Positions 23,115 to 32,000 of a stretch of 32,000 nucleotides of DNA are shown here, piece after piece. Below the pieces are notes generated by a model that saw only the letters and a program-made list of their open reading frames with translations, was not told the DNA's origin and ran no database searches. A program made the position numbers and the translations under genes. The stretch covers positions 1,050,001 to 1,082,000 of the forward strand of contig NZ_AP012549.1 of the NCBI RefSeq assembly GCF_000829235.1, given 5' to 3'. This stretch comes from a cyanobacterium endosymbiont of Epithemia turgida isolate EtSB Lake Yunoko (GTDB lineage Bacteria; Cyanobacteriota; Cyanobacteriia; Cyanobacteriales; Microcystaceae). How positions within the stretch are numbered: position 1 is the first letter of the stretch; each line of letters starts with the position of its first letter.

Positions 23115-24248
23115 ATGAGGAAAATACTACTACAAAGAGCTATGCAGCTTATGAATCCTATCAATAATTAAAATTTTAGATATAATTCAGAGGTGCTAGA
23201 AGATGAAGATATTGAACTTAAGATTTAACTTTGTGGTATCTGTCATGATCATCTAGGTATACTTAAATAATGACTGCAAACTAACTTAGTATCTCTTTCT
23301 TCCTGAGCATGAAGTAGTAAAAACTGTTGAAGCAGTCGAATATAAAGTAACTATTCTAAAAATTGAGCAGCCAGTAGTACTTGGCTAGTTTTCGAGTTCG
23401 TGCTTTATTTATGTTGTTTTTGTCGAAAAATAAAAATTTCTCCCATCATACTTTGGTTATTTCTCTGCCCTATGAGGTTAACCGAGAAACGGCTAAATTT
23501 TTATTTTGCGGCGGCGGAATTCTAGGTTTTCACTGTATCATTCAATGCAGTGAATGTCTTTAGATTTGAGGATATCAGATGACAGCATTTTGTAGTAATC
23601 TTGAAAAGGAAGAAAGAGTCTGTCAATCAGAGATTGATCATTTTGTTAATCCCCGTGCTCTAGAAGCAATTTAAATTATTGTAAATTCCTTTGATTTTAT
23701 TATCTCTACGGTAAATATTGGAGCAGATGAACTTAAATTACTCTGTCTGGAAAGATAATATTAATCGCTAAAGATAAAGAGCAGACAATTAATAGAATAA
23801 TATGAGTTCTACAGAAATTTATGGAAGGAAAGGTAAGCCGTAACTTGCTACTAAGATAGGTATTTATTGAAGGTAAAAATGTAGTCCTTGTTTAAGAACA
23901 AGCAAAGTTACGCCTTTTGTAAGAAATCATTTTCTATCTATACCAGCGATAATCGTTTCGTGAAGCTTATGCTCTAAATAACGATGTTTTTTGCTATTGT
24001 TTACTGGTTTATAAAAGATAAGTTACACAGCTAATTTTATAGACTATACACTATTTCTAGTCTTATAAGAGACTAGCAGTAGTGTATACACAAATTTTAG
24101 ATATTGAGTTTTTTGAGGACAAACTTATATAGTATTGAATTAGGGAGTTAAACTACTTTTGATTATTAACAAATACGGTAAATCATTGACTTATAAGTTA
24201 ACTTCAGGTGAAGTAGATGACCGGAAAGTAGTTCTTAAGTTAAGATAG
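23115..24248 (+). pseudogene. Zinc-dependent medium-chain alcohol dehydrogenase (CAD/ADH family) pseudogene, heavily disrupted
   Basis: Collinear fragments separated by stops and frameshifts: NFRYNSEVLEDEDIELKI*LCGICHDHLGILK** (cf. CGICHSDLH); PEHEVVKTVEAVEYKVTILKIEQPVVLG* (cf. PGHEVVG..V..VG..V..FK.GD.V.VG); FCGGGILGFHCIIQCSECL (cf. the GLGGLGH NAD fold); C-terminal NKYGKSLTYKLTSGEVDDRKVVLKLR*. Confidence 0.65.
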
Positions 24249-24682
24249 TATTTAATTCGTAAATTATTGAAATAATGAGGGTATTTTTCTAAAAATCTCT
24301 TTAAAAGACTCTGTCCAAAAAGACTTCAAGTGACTCTTTATCATCAACATAAGATAAGGTTAAATTTAGTTAAACTGACTAACTAAATATTAGTTGTTAA
24401 ATGTCTTATAATTGAAATGGTTAATGATCAACTTAAAAATATCTCTAAGATTGAACATTTTAGAAATCGAAGTCTTTGAACTGTTTTGTTGAATCTTTTG
24501 CTTGACTGAGTGCTCATACCTATCTACCTGGAAGACATTCTCTCGATTTAGAATTAAAAGGTAAGTTGGGCTTGTATTCTACACATCAAGGAAAAATAAG
24601 CCTTGAAATGGTGAAGAAGTTTCACCTTAGTTCATTCATAAGAAGTGATGATCAAGGCAACATAGTTTGTATAAAGCTTCAA

Positions 24683-25429
24683 TTATTTTCTTACTTCTAG
24701 GGCTTTAATTTGTTCAACGGCTGCGTAATAACCTTGATCATACCCCTGTTGTTTCCACACTTGAGCAGCTTTTTCAAAATCGGCAATCGCTTTTTGACTC
24801 TGTCCGAGATCAGATAAGGCTAGTCCACGGTTGAAATAGGCTTCTCCATAGTCTGGCTTAAGTTTAATTGCCTCAGTAAAGTTATTTTGAGCCAGATCCA
24901 CCTGCCCTAGGTTTAAATAGGCTAATCCCAGGTTATTATAAGCAAAAGCATCATTAGGATTAAATTTAAGGGCTTTTACGTAATTGGTGATCGCTTGTTC
25001 ATCTTTTCCTAGGTGTAAGTAGACGTTACCTCGATTAACATAAGCTTCAACTAGTTTGGCATCGAGTTCGAGGGCTCGGCTGAAATCCCCCAATGCCAAT
25101 TCAAATTTCCCTAAGTGGCTATATGCAAACCCCCGATTAAAATAAGCATTAACATCATTAGGATTTTTTTCAACAGCTTTAGTAAAGTCCCTAGCAGCCC
25201 CTTTAAAATCGTCCTGACGACTTTTTGCAATCCCCTGTTGAACGAATTGAATCGGACTAGTTTTAACTAAATTAGCCTGGTTTGTTTGAGCAGAATTACG
25301 GTTACAGGCAATGTTTGAACCTAATAAAAACAGGAATATGAGAAACAGGTAAACACGAGACTGAATCCTTAAAATTAGGAAGGATTTAAATGATGGAAAA
25401 CAAAAAACGGGAGAATTTGGGAGATTCAA
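24683..25429 (-). CDS. Tetratricopeptide-repeat (TPR) protein with an N-terminal signal or lipoprotein-like peptide
   Basis: About five tandem 34-residue TPR units (AYFNRGFAYSHLGKFELALGDFSRALELDA, AYVNRGNVYLHLGKDEQAITNYVKALKFNP, and so on). Hydrophobic leader LFLIFLFLLGSNIAC. TTG start in the ORF track. Confidence 0.85.
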   Translation of the reverse strand: MNLPNSPVFCFPSFKSFLILRIQSRVYLFLIFLFLLGSNIACNRNSAQTNQANLVKTSPIQFVQQGIAKSRQDDFKGAARDFTKAVEKNPNDVNAYFNRGFAYSHLGKFELALGDFSRALELDAKLVEAYVNRGNVYLHLGKDEQAITNYVKALKFNPNDAFAYNNLGLAYLNLGQVDLAQNNFTEAIKLKPDYGEAYFNRGLALSDLGQSQKAIADFEKAAQVWKQQGYDQGYYAAVEQIKALEVRK

Positions 25430-25642
25430 AATGGATTGCTCGAGTGAGTAATTTCAGAAAATTTAGCAATTAACTCCTAATTCATGAAAACCCAACTCTT
25501 GTTAGTCAAGATTTGTCTAGTTAAAGCACACCCGAAGAATAACTACTGCTGGCAATCATCGTGCGACGTGTTGTTAACTAGACAAATGTAAGAAAACTGA
25601 GTATATTAACTTGGGTTATCTGTATGAGGAGTTATCTTCACA

Positions 25643-25969
25643 ATGAAAAAACTGTTGGTGTCTACTTTGATGATAGCGTTGACTGCAGCTCCTGGACAGG
25701 CTCAAACAGCAACTTATTATTCTTCTCACTATCACGGCAAAAAAACCGCATCAGGAGTAATATTCAACAATTATCTACCTTTGGCGGCTCATCCTTCCCT
25801 TCCATTTGGTACAAGAGTAAAGGTGACAAACCGTAAAAATGGTAAAAGCACCATTGTTCGAGTTGTGGATCGCTGCCGTTGTAACATTGATTTGTCTCGA
25901 GGTGCTTTTCAACAAATTAGTTCTCTGAAATCAGGTAGAATTCCGGTGAATATTAAGGTTTTACGTTGA
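25643..25969 (+). CDS. rlpA: RlpA-like double-psi beta-barrel (DPBB) domain protein, secreted
   Basis: 108 aa. Signal peptide MKKLLVSTLMIALTAAPGQA, then ATYYSSHYHGKKTASGVIFNNYLPLAAHPSLPFGTRVKVTNRKNGKSTIVRVVDR, characteristic of the RlpA family. GAGGAG lies 11 nt upstream of the ATG. Confidence 0.85.
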   Translation: MKKLLVSTLMIALTAAPGQAQTATYYSSHYHGKKTASGVIFNNYLPLAAHPSLPFGTRVKVTNRKNGKSTIVRVVDRCRCNIDLSRGAFQQISSLKSGRIPVNIKVLR

Positions 25970-26182
25970 AATTGAGCTCTAAATTTCCTTATTTTTATAA
26001 TAACCAAAATTTAGAACAAATACTCTATTAAGGACAATAATTTTTTATAAACCTCATGAGTGGTCTTCGTGTACTCGTAAGATAATTAAGTTTAGGCAAT
26101 TAGTGTTAAGTGTTAAGATAACCCATACTTTAATTGTCAAACAAGACAAAGTTGCCTAATTACCAACAGAAAGGAGACAATA

Positions 26183-27484
26183 GTGGTTAGTACAGTATTA
26201 TTCACAACCACGAAATCAGAAGAAATTTTCACCGCAGCCCAAAAATTAATGCCTGGTGGGGTCAGTTCCCCGGTACGAGCGTTTAAATCTGTTGGTGGAC
26301 AGCCGATTGTTTTTGATCGCGTTAAGGGAGCCTATATTTGGGATGTAGATGGCAACCAGTATATTGATTATGTAGGAACCTGGGGACCGGCTATCTGTGG
26401 CCATGCTCATCCCGAAGTCATTGCAGCCCTCCATGAAGCTTTAGAAAAAGGAACTAGTTTTGGTGCGCCTTCTTTTCAGGAAAATATCTTGGCAGAAATG
26501 GTTATTGAAGCTGTTCCTAGTATAGAGATGGTCAGATTCGTCAATTCAGGGACAGAAGCTTGTATGTCTATCTTGCGTCTCATCCGGACATTTACTCGAC
26601 GCGATAAGATAATTAAATTTGAAGGGTGCTATCATGGCCATGCTGATATGTTCTTAGTCAAAGCAGGGTCAGGGGTTGCAACCTTAGGTTTACCTGACTC
26701 CCCAGGAATTCCTAAAACCACGACTAGAGACACTTTAACGGCTCCTTATAACGATTTAGAAGCGGTTAAAACCCTGTTTGCCAAAAATTCTGATGAAATC
26801 GCAGGAGTTATTTTAGAGCCGGTTGTTGGTAATTCCGGCCTGTTAACTCCTGATGCGGGATTTTTAGAGGGTTTGAGGGACTTAACTAAAGAATACGGGG
26901 CTTTACTAGTATTTGATGAAGTAATGACTGGATTTCGCTTAGCTTATGGAGGAGCTCAGGAAAAATTTGGTGTTACTCCTGATCTAACCGCGTTAGGTAA
27001 GATTATCGGTGGTGGTTTGCCCGTGGGAGCTTATGGAGGACGTAGGGATATTATGGCAATGGTGGCACCAGTGGGTCCTATGTACCAGGCGGGAACCTTA
27101 TCAGGTAATCCTTTAGCTATGACTGCGGGGATTAAGACTCTTAAATTGCTACAAAAACCGGGGACCTATGAATATTTAAGTAGAATTACCCACAAGCTGA
27201 GTGATGGCTTCATCACAATTGCTCAAAAAGCAGGTCATGCTATTTATGGGAGTGGTATCGGGGCTATGTTCGGACTATTTTTTACAGAAGGACCTGTTCG
27301 TAACTACAATGATGCAAAAAAGTCTGACCTACGTAAATTTAGTCTTTTTCATAGGAGAATGCTCGAACATGGTGTTTATTTAGCTCCTTCTCAATTTGAG
27401 GCGGGTTTTACTTCCTTAGCTCATAGTGATGAGGATATTGATCGAACCTTAGAAACAGCACGCAAAGTTTTTGCAACTTTATAA
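26183..27484 (+). CDS. hemL: Glutamate-1-semialdehyde 2,1-aminomutase (C5 tetrapyrrole pathway)
   Basis: 433 aa. [56 protein letters not shown]...[10 protein letters not shown]...[19 protein letters not shown] start preceded by AAGGAG. Confidence 0.96.
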   Translation: MVSTVLFTTTKSEEIFTAAQKLMPGGVSSPVRAFKSVGGQPIVFDRVKGAYIWDVDGNQYIDYVGTWGPAICGHAHPEVIAALHEALEKGTSFGAPSFQENILAEMVIEAVPSIEMVRFVNSGTEACMSILRLIRTFTRRDKIIKFEGCYHGHADMFLVKAGSGVATLGLPDSPGIPKTTTRDTLTAPYNDLEAVKTLFAKNSDEIAGVILEPVVGNSGLLTPDAGFLEGLRDLTKEYGALLVFDEVMTGFRLAYGGAQEKFGVTPDLTALGKIIGGGLPVGAYGGRRDIMAMVAPVGPMYQAGTLSGNPLAMTAGIKTLKLLQKPGTYEYLSRITHKLSDGFITIAQKAGHAIYGSGIGAMFGLFFTEGPVRNYNDAKKSDLRKFSLFHRRMLEHGVYLAPSQFEAGFTSLAHSDEDIDRTLETARKVFATL

Positions 27485-27690
27485 GTTAGAGAGTTTTAAT
27501 TAGCAGTCAATGATTTAACAGAGTACTAGGGGCTTTCTCTTCAATCGCTTAGGTGTTTTTCGGTGGAATGGCATCTACTTTCATACTAAATCTAATTTTT
27601 ATATCTTCTGTTCGTCTCACCTTTCCAAATAATTTTGTCTTGCTCCAAATTTAAGTAGGTTTTTACAACCAAATTTAGTCCTATATGTCA

Positions 27691-27747
27691 AGAAAATTCA
27701 TAATTTCTCTTTTTAATTCTCAAAAAAAGAGAAATTATGAATTTTCT
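27691..27747. repeat. Perfect 24-bp inverted repeat with 9-nt loop
   Basis: AGAAAATTCATAATTTCTCTTTTT (27691-27714) / AAAAAGAGAAATTATGAATTTTCT (27724-27747). It is 207 nt past the hemL stop and about 130 nt past the DUF2997-like remnant on the other strand. Confidence 0.9.
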
Positions 27748-27879
27748 AATAAAAAAGCGAAATTCTATGTCGTAAATTTTTATCTTATTCAATCACCATT
27801 TCGGCGGTGTTGTTTTGTCCTTTTCGGTACCTTCCTTCCAATCAATTACCATCTCAATTGATTGGTTATTTTTACGAAT

Positions 27880-28053
27880 TAATCGACTGGTTGAGTGTGA
27901 TCCTGTAGAGTTTTCTCATTAGTATAGAACTCGTCCCAATTAAGTTTCTATTGTTACAGTCACCTCTTGATAAGAGACTCCAACAACATTTATAATATCC
28001 TCTTGAACTCGACCGTCGGTATAGATAATTAATTCTATGGTTTCTATCAACAT
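27880..28053 (-). pseudogene. DUF2997-like small protein gene inactivated by in-frame stops
   Basis: From the ATG at 28053: MLIETIELIIYTDGRVQEDIINVVGVSYQEVTVTIET*LGRVLY**. The pattern IE..IY.DGRV.E...GV.G..C..VT..IE..LG.V matches my recollection of cyanobacterial DUF2997 proteins. A TAA at 27940-27942 replaces a sense codon in the conserved IE-x-x-LG stretch. Confidence 0.5.
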
Positions 28054-28293
28054 GGCTTATACTCAACTCATTTTAGGGAGAGGAAATCAGTTGTTACTCA
28101 AAAAATACTAGTTTTACTTACAAAGTCTATTTAAACAATCTAAATAAACTGCAAACTATAAGTTATTTTTTAGCAATAATTAAAATAATAATTACCCTTT
28201 TTATATACAAAACCTCCTTGACTTTTTATAAGAGCCAAGAGATTTTATTCAACTATAATAAAGACATATAAAATCGTTCCAATTGCAAGAGTA

Positions 28294-29415
28294 CTAATTT
28301 TTAAGGAAACGAGGATCTAGAGCATCACGTAGTCCATCACCAAGTAGGTTAAAGGATAAAACGGTAAGAACGATCAAAAGGGCAGGTGGCCAAATTAACC
28401 AAGGTTGTAGAATAAGAATCGAGGCATTAGTAGCTACTGAAAGTAAATTTCCCCAACTGGGATCGGGTTGTTGAATTCCTAAACCAATAAGACTCAACAC
28501 AGACTCAGCCACAATGAATCCAGGGATAGCAAGAGTGGCCGAGATGACGATATAGGTGGCGGTTTGAGGTAAGACATGACGAACAATAATTCGCCCAGGG
28601 GTTGCTCCCATCGCCTTTGCTGCCTGGATGAACTCCTGTTCTTTGAGAGAGAGAACTTGACCTCTAATCACCCTTGCTAGTCCAGACCAACTAATGAGAG
28701 AAGTAATAAGAATAATGAGTAAAAATCGTTGTGCACTGCTTAAACTGGGGGGAAGAACTGCCGCTAAGGCAACTAACAGATAAATTCCTGGAATAGTCAT
28801 TAATACTTCTACCAGACGCATTGATACCATATCTAACCAACCCCCAAAATAGCCAGAAATTCCTCCGGCAAGTATACCTAAAGGAAAAGAAACTAAAATT
28901 CCTACCAAGCCAATAAATAGACTAATTCTTCCGCCAAATAGTAATCGACTAAATTCATCTCGTCCCTGTTCATCAGTTCCGAGGAGGTTTAATTTAGCCT
29001 TTCCCAGCGCCCCAAATAAATGGCGATCAACAGGTATCCCAGGAAACAGTTCCACTTCTTCAAAAGTGGGGGGTAAAGGGAGACGAATTTGAAACAGTTG
29101 ATAACGGTCACCTTTAATAAACAGACGAATAAGTGTAGGATTTTCAAAATCGACATTTAAAGACCGTTCTCCTGTTTCTACGTCTGTCGGACTTTGAGTT
29201 GTGGGGTAGATATGAGGCCCAATAAACTTACCGTCTGGAGTTGTCCAGTAGATGGGGGTCGGGGGTAATAAAGACCCGTCAACTTGAGAAACATAGGGAT
29301 TGTAGGGAGCAATAAAATCCGCTAAAATTACTGAAATATAGAAAAATATTAATATAGTTGCTCCAAAACGAGCGAGATAGTTGTTTTTGAGTTTTTGAAA
29401 CCAGTTCATAAGCAC
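28294..29415 (-). CDS. ABC transporter permease, oligopeptide/dipeptide (OppC/DppC-type, BPD_transp_1)
   Basis: 373 aa. N-terminal anchor, long periplasmic insert, then LLGTDEQGRDEFSRLLFGGRISL and the EAA-loop region FIQAAKAMGATPGRIIVRHVLPQ. C-terminal LLGDGLRDALDPR. Confidence 0.9.
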   Translation of the reverse strand: MLMNWFQKLKNNYLARFGATILIFFYISVILADFIAPYNPYVSQVDGSLLPPTPIYWTTPDGKFIGPHIYPTTQSPTDVETGERSLNVDFENPTLIRLFIKGDRYQLFQIRLPLPPTFEEVELFPGIPVDRHLFGALGKAKLNLLGTDEQGRDEFSRLLFGGRISLFIGLVGILVSFPLGILAGGISGYFGGWLDMVSMRLVEVLMTIPGIYLLVALAAVLPPSLSSAQRFLLIILITSLISWSGLARVIRGQVLSLKEQEFIQAAKAMGATPGRIIVRHVLPQTATYIVISATLAIPGFIVAESVLSLIGLGIQQPDPSWGNLLSVATNASILILQPWLIWPPALLIVLTVLSFNLLGDGLRDALDPRFLKN

Positions 29416-29707
29416 TGTAGCTAATCATTTATATGTTGATTGTATAGTGGCTAACTTGATCTTTGACTGACATATAGTAAGGCTTGGAGATAAAAAGATA
29501 AGAAAAATATTTTACTTTTCACTTTCTCGAGACTCTACCAATTGACGCTATCACTACCACGCTACGTCTTAAGATTCTTTATCTAACAAAGATACTCATT
29601 CTGACAGGTCTGAACAAATCAAAATAAGAGCCTCTAAATAAACACTAAAAAAGAAAATTATTTTGTATCTTTACATTAAAATACCCATAGTTAAACTTAT
29701 ATTACTT

Positions 29708-29823
29708 TTAAGGAGATAATCGACAACACCATAACCGAATATAATTGACTTTAAACCACCCTGCTACTTATGAGGTTGATTGGTCTTAATTATTAGTTTC
29801 TATTAAGAATATCTATGGAGTAT
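29708..29823 (-). mobile_element. Second, inverted copy of the ~115-bp IS-end-like repeat seen at 5308-5422
   Basis: By hand alignment with the reverse complement of 5308-5422, about 100 of ~112 aligned positions are identical, plus three 1-nt indels (for example ATAATCGACAACACCATAACCGAATATAATTGACTTTAAA versus ATAATCGATAACACCATAACCAAATATAATTGACTTTAAA). No readable transposase frame adjoins this copy. Confidence 0.6.
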
Positions 29824-30210
29824 GGCTTTATTCTTTTCTGTAACCAATATTTTTTAGTTTTTTTACCTGAATCGATTTGAATACAAATCGCTTTCAGATT
29901 TTAATTTGATTAAAAGACTGCCGTGCCGTTTTACCTCAGTTTATGACCTGGACGGACCAGGTGGGCACTGATGCATTTTATTTTCGTTTCCGAGTACAAG
30001 CCCGGTTTACTACCACAAAAAGCTGTCAGCTCCCTAAACTTACAAAGCATAGATCAAAAAACTTTATTGGCAGCCACCAACGCGGCAGTTACGCCATATT
30101 ATAGCATAATTGAAAGAGTTAAGGTTTTCTAGTTATTGCTATTAAAATAAATGCTGCTAGAATTATCCAGGCATCTTTCAATCAGTGATCGCCGATGAAG
30201 ATTATTATAG

Positions 30211-30262
30211 TCTCATCTGAGTTTTTCCCTACCCTCCCATTCAGGGAAAAACTCAGATGAGA
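30211..30262. repeat. Perfect 20-bp inverted repeat with 12-nt loop
   Basis: TCTCATCTGAGTTTTTCCCT (30211-30230) / AGGGAAAAACTCAGATGAGA (30243-30262), loop ACCCTCCCATTC, followed by ACGTTTTCC. Confidence 0.9.
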
Positions 30263-30772
30263 ACGTTTTCCTTAAGTGCCATGAGATCCAATGGGATACA
30301 TAAGTATATTTATACCATTATTTGTCTGTTTGAATAACCTAAGTTGAGAGAAAAACTGTCTATCAATGGTCTAGTTTTGATCGAACAAGAGTACACTTAG
30401 GAATGAACAGATGAACCTTATGAACAACTCCTAATCCATTTGACATCATAAACAATTATAATTACCCAATAAAAATTCCTGTTATTTATGCCTATCTTCG
30501 TTCAGGAGGAACATTAGTTAACTGATGTTTAGGGAGTATTCCAGGCAATCTCATCCTATCGAAAGTCAATCCTCTGTCCGCTGTCGGTCCTATTGTTTAT
30601 CAAGCACAGCACTGGCTTAATCTTTGAACTGAATATCAGGTTGATAATTTTGTCCAAAAACCTATGGGTAACAGATGAACTGTTTGCCTACCATATCTCA
30701 AAGGTATAACTATAATCTCATTATTCCGTATTGGACTGAGACTGTATTGACAGTCCTACGGAAAATAACATT

Positions 30773-31045
30773 TTGACACCGAGTTTTTTATTGGAGCAGG
30801 ACATTTATCTGTCTAATTACGGACTAAACCCTTTACTTTTAGTTATAATTCGTCATGGGGCTGACGTTTATGAGTCTATCACCCGCACCTTTCAACCCCT
30901 ACAGTGTTTGGTTCAACTCTTTGGAGAAATATACTTAAAATATCCTCAGGCTATTTGCAAATATCTAATCTTTCATTATAAGCAGATCTGCGAAGACTCT
31001 ATAACTAAAATAAATTTTAGTTACAAAATTCTTGAAATCAATTAA
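30773..31045 (+). CDS. Hypothetical ORF (90 aa, TTG start); possibly a fragment of a decayed gene
   Basis: ORF track only. No RBS or recognisable family. The LLLVIIRHGADVY segment faintly recalls the RHG motif of histidine phosphatases, but this is weak. Confidence 0.2.
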   Translation: MTPSFLLEQDIYLSNYGLNPLLLVIIRHGADVYESITRTFQPLQCLVQLFGEIYLKYPQAICKYLIFHYKQICEDSITKINFSYKILEIN

Positions 31046-31223
31046 GATCTAACTTTGATCAATAAATTTTATTACTTTTATCATTATACAAGAGATAATC
31101 GCTTAAAGCAATCATCAAAAGAAAGATAACTTACTGAGATTAAGTTACGTCCGGGTAATATAAAATCTGAGCCTTATATTGTGGACAGTGTTGTTCGAAA
31201 CTGTCAGAGAGCAGATAAATTAT

Positions 31224-31283
31224 TAGGTTATGAATCAAACAGATAGGTTATGAATCAAACAGATAGGTTATGAATCAAACAGA
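31224..31283 (+). repeat. Perfect tandem repeat, 3 x 20 bp (TAGGTTATGAATCAAACAGA)
   Basis: Identical units at 31224-31243, 31244-31263 and 31264-31283. Each contains an ATG (31230, 31250, 31270). Confidence 0.95.
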
Positions 31284-31437
31284 ATTGTCAAAAATAGTTT
31301 GGGATATCCTCGAATGGCGAGCCTTCATTATTTTAAAAGGGCGTAAAGAATTAAAAACAATTCAGTATCTCTTATATCAAACCCAATTCAAATTGTCCTA
31401 CACCATACAGCGATTAGTGAAAAATCAAGCTCAATAA
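31270..31437 (+). CDS. Small hypothetical ORF (55 aa) whose start region is the third copy of the tandem repeat
   Basis: Hand translation: MNQTELSKIVWDILEWRAFIILKGRKELKTIQYLLYQTQFKLSYTIQRLVKNQAQ*. No family recognised. It is below the 60-aa cutoff of the ORF track. Confidence 0.25.
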   Translation: MNQTELSKIVWDILEWRAFIILKGRKELKTIQYLLYQTQFKLSYTIQRLVKNQAQ

Positions 31438-32000
31438 AAATAACTTCAACAGATAATCAATGAACAATAAAAACAAATAACAAATATAAAAAATAAACTA
31501 AATTGCAGAAAAAAAATCAATTTTAATATTACAAATTATTGAACACTTACAGGAAATACCTAATAAGAGTAAAGCAACTAGTCTAAGTATATAAAGTAGT
31601 AAATTCTGTTAGTCAAGGAACTGTTTTTTCACAGTTAAAAATATTTAGGTTTAAAAAAAAGAGAATAACTTAGGATTTTATTTGTATTGATTTAATAAAA
31701 AATAAAGATATTGTTTTTACTAATAAACTTAGTGATACTGTTTAAGTATTCTTCAAAAATTTATATTGCATAATTTTAATACTTACTGCTAAAAATAGTA
31801 TCTTTAAGTCTTATTACAATTGATATAATATACTTTATATTGTTTTCTATATAAATTTATAATTATTTTTATAAACGATAATAACCGGCAATTTAAAATT
31901 GTTTGTATATAACATTAATTAAATAGTAAAACTTGTTTTTTTAAAATGATTATAAATATTTGTCCACTTGTCAAGCCTACCTAAAAAATTTTTTAAAAAA

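Noticed and set aside
23381-23563. 60-aa ORF in the 22.4-24.7 kb gap
   Set aside because: Its C-terminal part (FCGGGILGFHCIIQCSECL) is the NAD-fold fragment of the ADH pseudogene. It is not an independent gene.
24610-24626. Short hairpin GGTGAA-gaagt-TTCACC downstream of the TPR gene as a terminator
   Set aside because: The stem is only 6 bp, the T-run on the relevant strand is poor, and it sits about 60 nt from the stop. This is too weak to call.
27872-28066. 64-aa minus-strand ORF (Arg/Ser/Cys-rich)
   Set aside because: It is out of frame with the recognisable DUF2997-like reading that starts at 28053, and its composition is implausible. It is an artefact of the pseudogene region.
31224-31283. 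Possible CRISPR array or minisatellite
   Set aside because: The three units are directly abutting with no spacers, the unit is only 20 bp, and no cas genes are present. It is a simple tandem repeat, reported as such.

Overview
AT-rich cyanobacterial chromosomal segment. Cyanobacterial origin is supported by plant-type pds next to crtB, hemL, ispE, an LptF/G-type permease, a TPR lipoprotein and one HIP1 octamer (GCGATCGC) inside pds. Sixteen intact-looking conserved genes and one tRNA-Thr(UGU) are scattered through an unusually large amount of non-coding, very AT-rich DNA. The intact ORFs sum to about 15 kb of 32 kb, roughly half. Hand translation of the gaps shows decayed genes: an M16 peptidase, a zinc alcohol dehydrogenase, a DUF2997-like gene with an in-frame stop, an IS630-like transposase remnant, and several unidentifiable fragments. 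There are gene-free tracts of 1 to 2.3 kb. I found no recognisable defence island, CRISPR array, prophage or biosynthetic cluster. The items most worth follow-up are: (1) the overall genome-erosion signature, typical of host-restricted or endosymbiotic cyanobacteria (an inference, not shown); (2) a ~200-nt GC-rich island abutting tRNA-Thr whose helices carry wobble pairs only on the minus strand, suggesting a structured RNA I cannot classify; (3) a ~115-bp dispersed repeat present as an inverted pair 24 kb apart, one copy attached to the transposase remnant; (4) a perfect 3 x 20-bp tandem repeat that triplicates the start codon of a small ORF; (5) several long, perfect, mutually unrelated hairpins. 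All family assignments come from motif recognition by eye. No searches were run.
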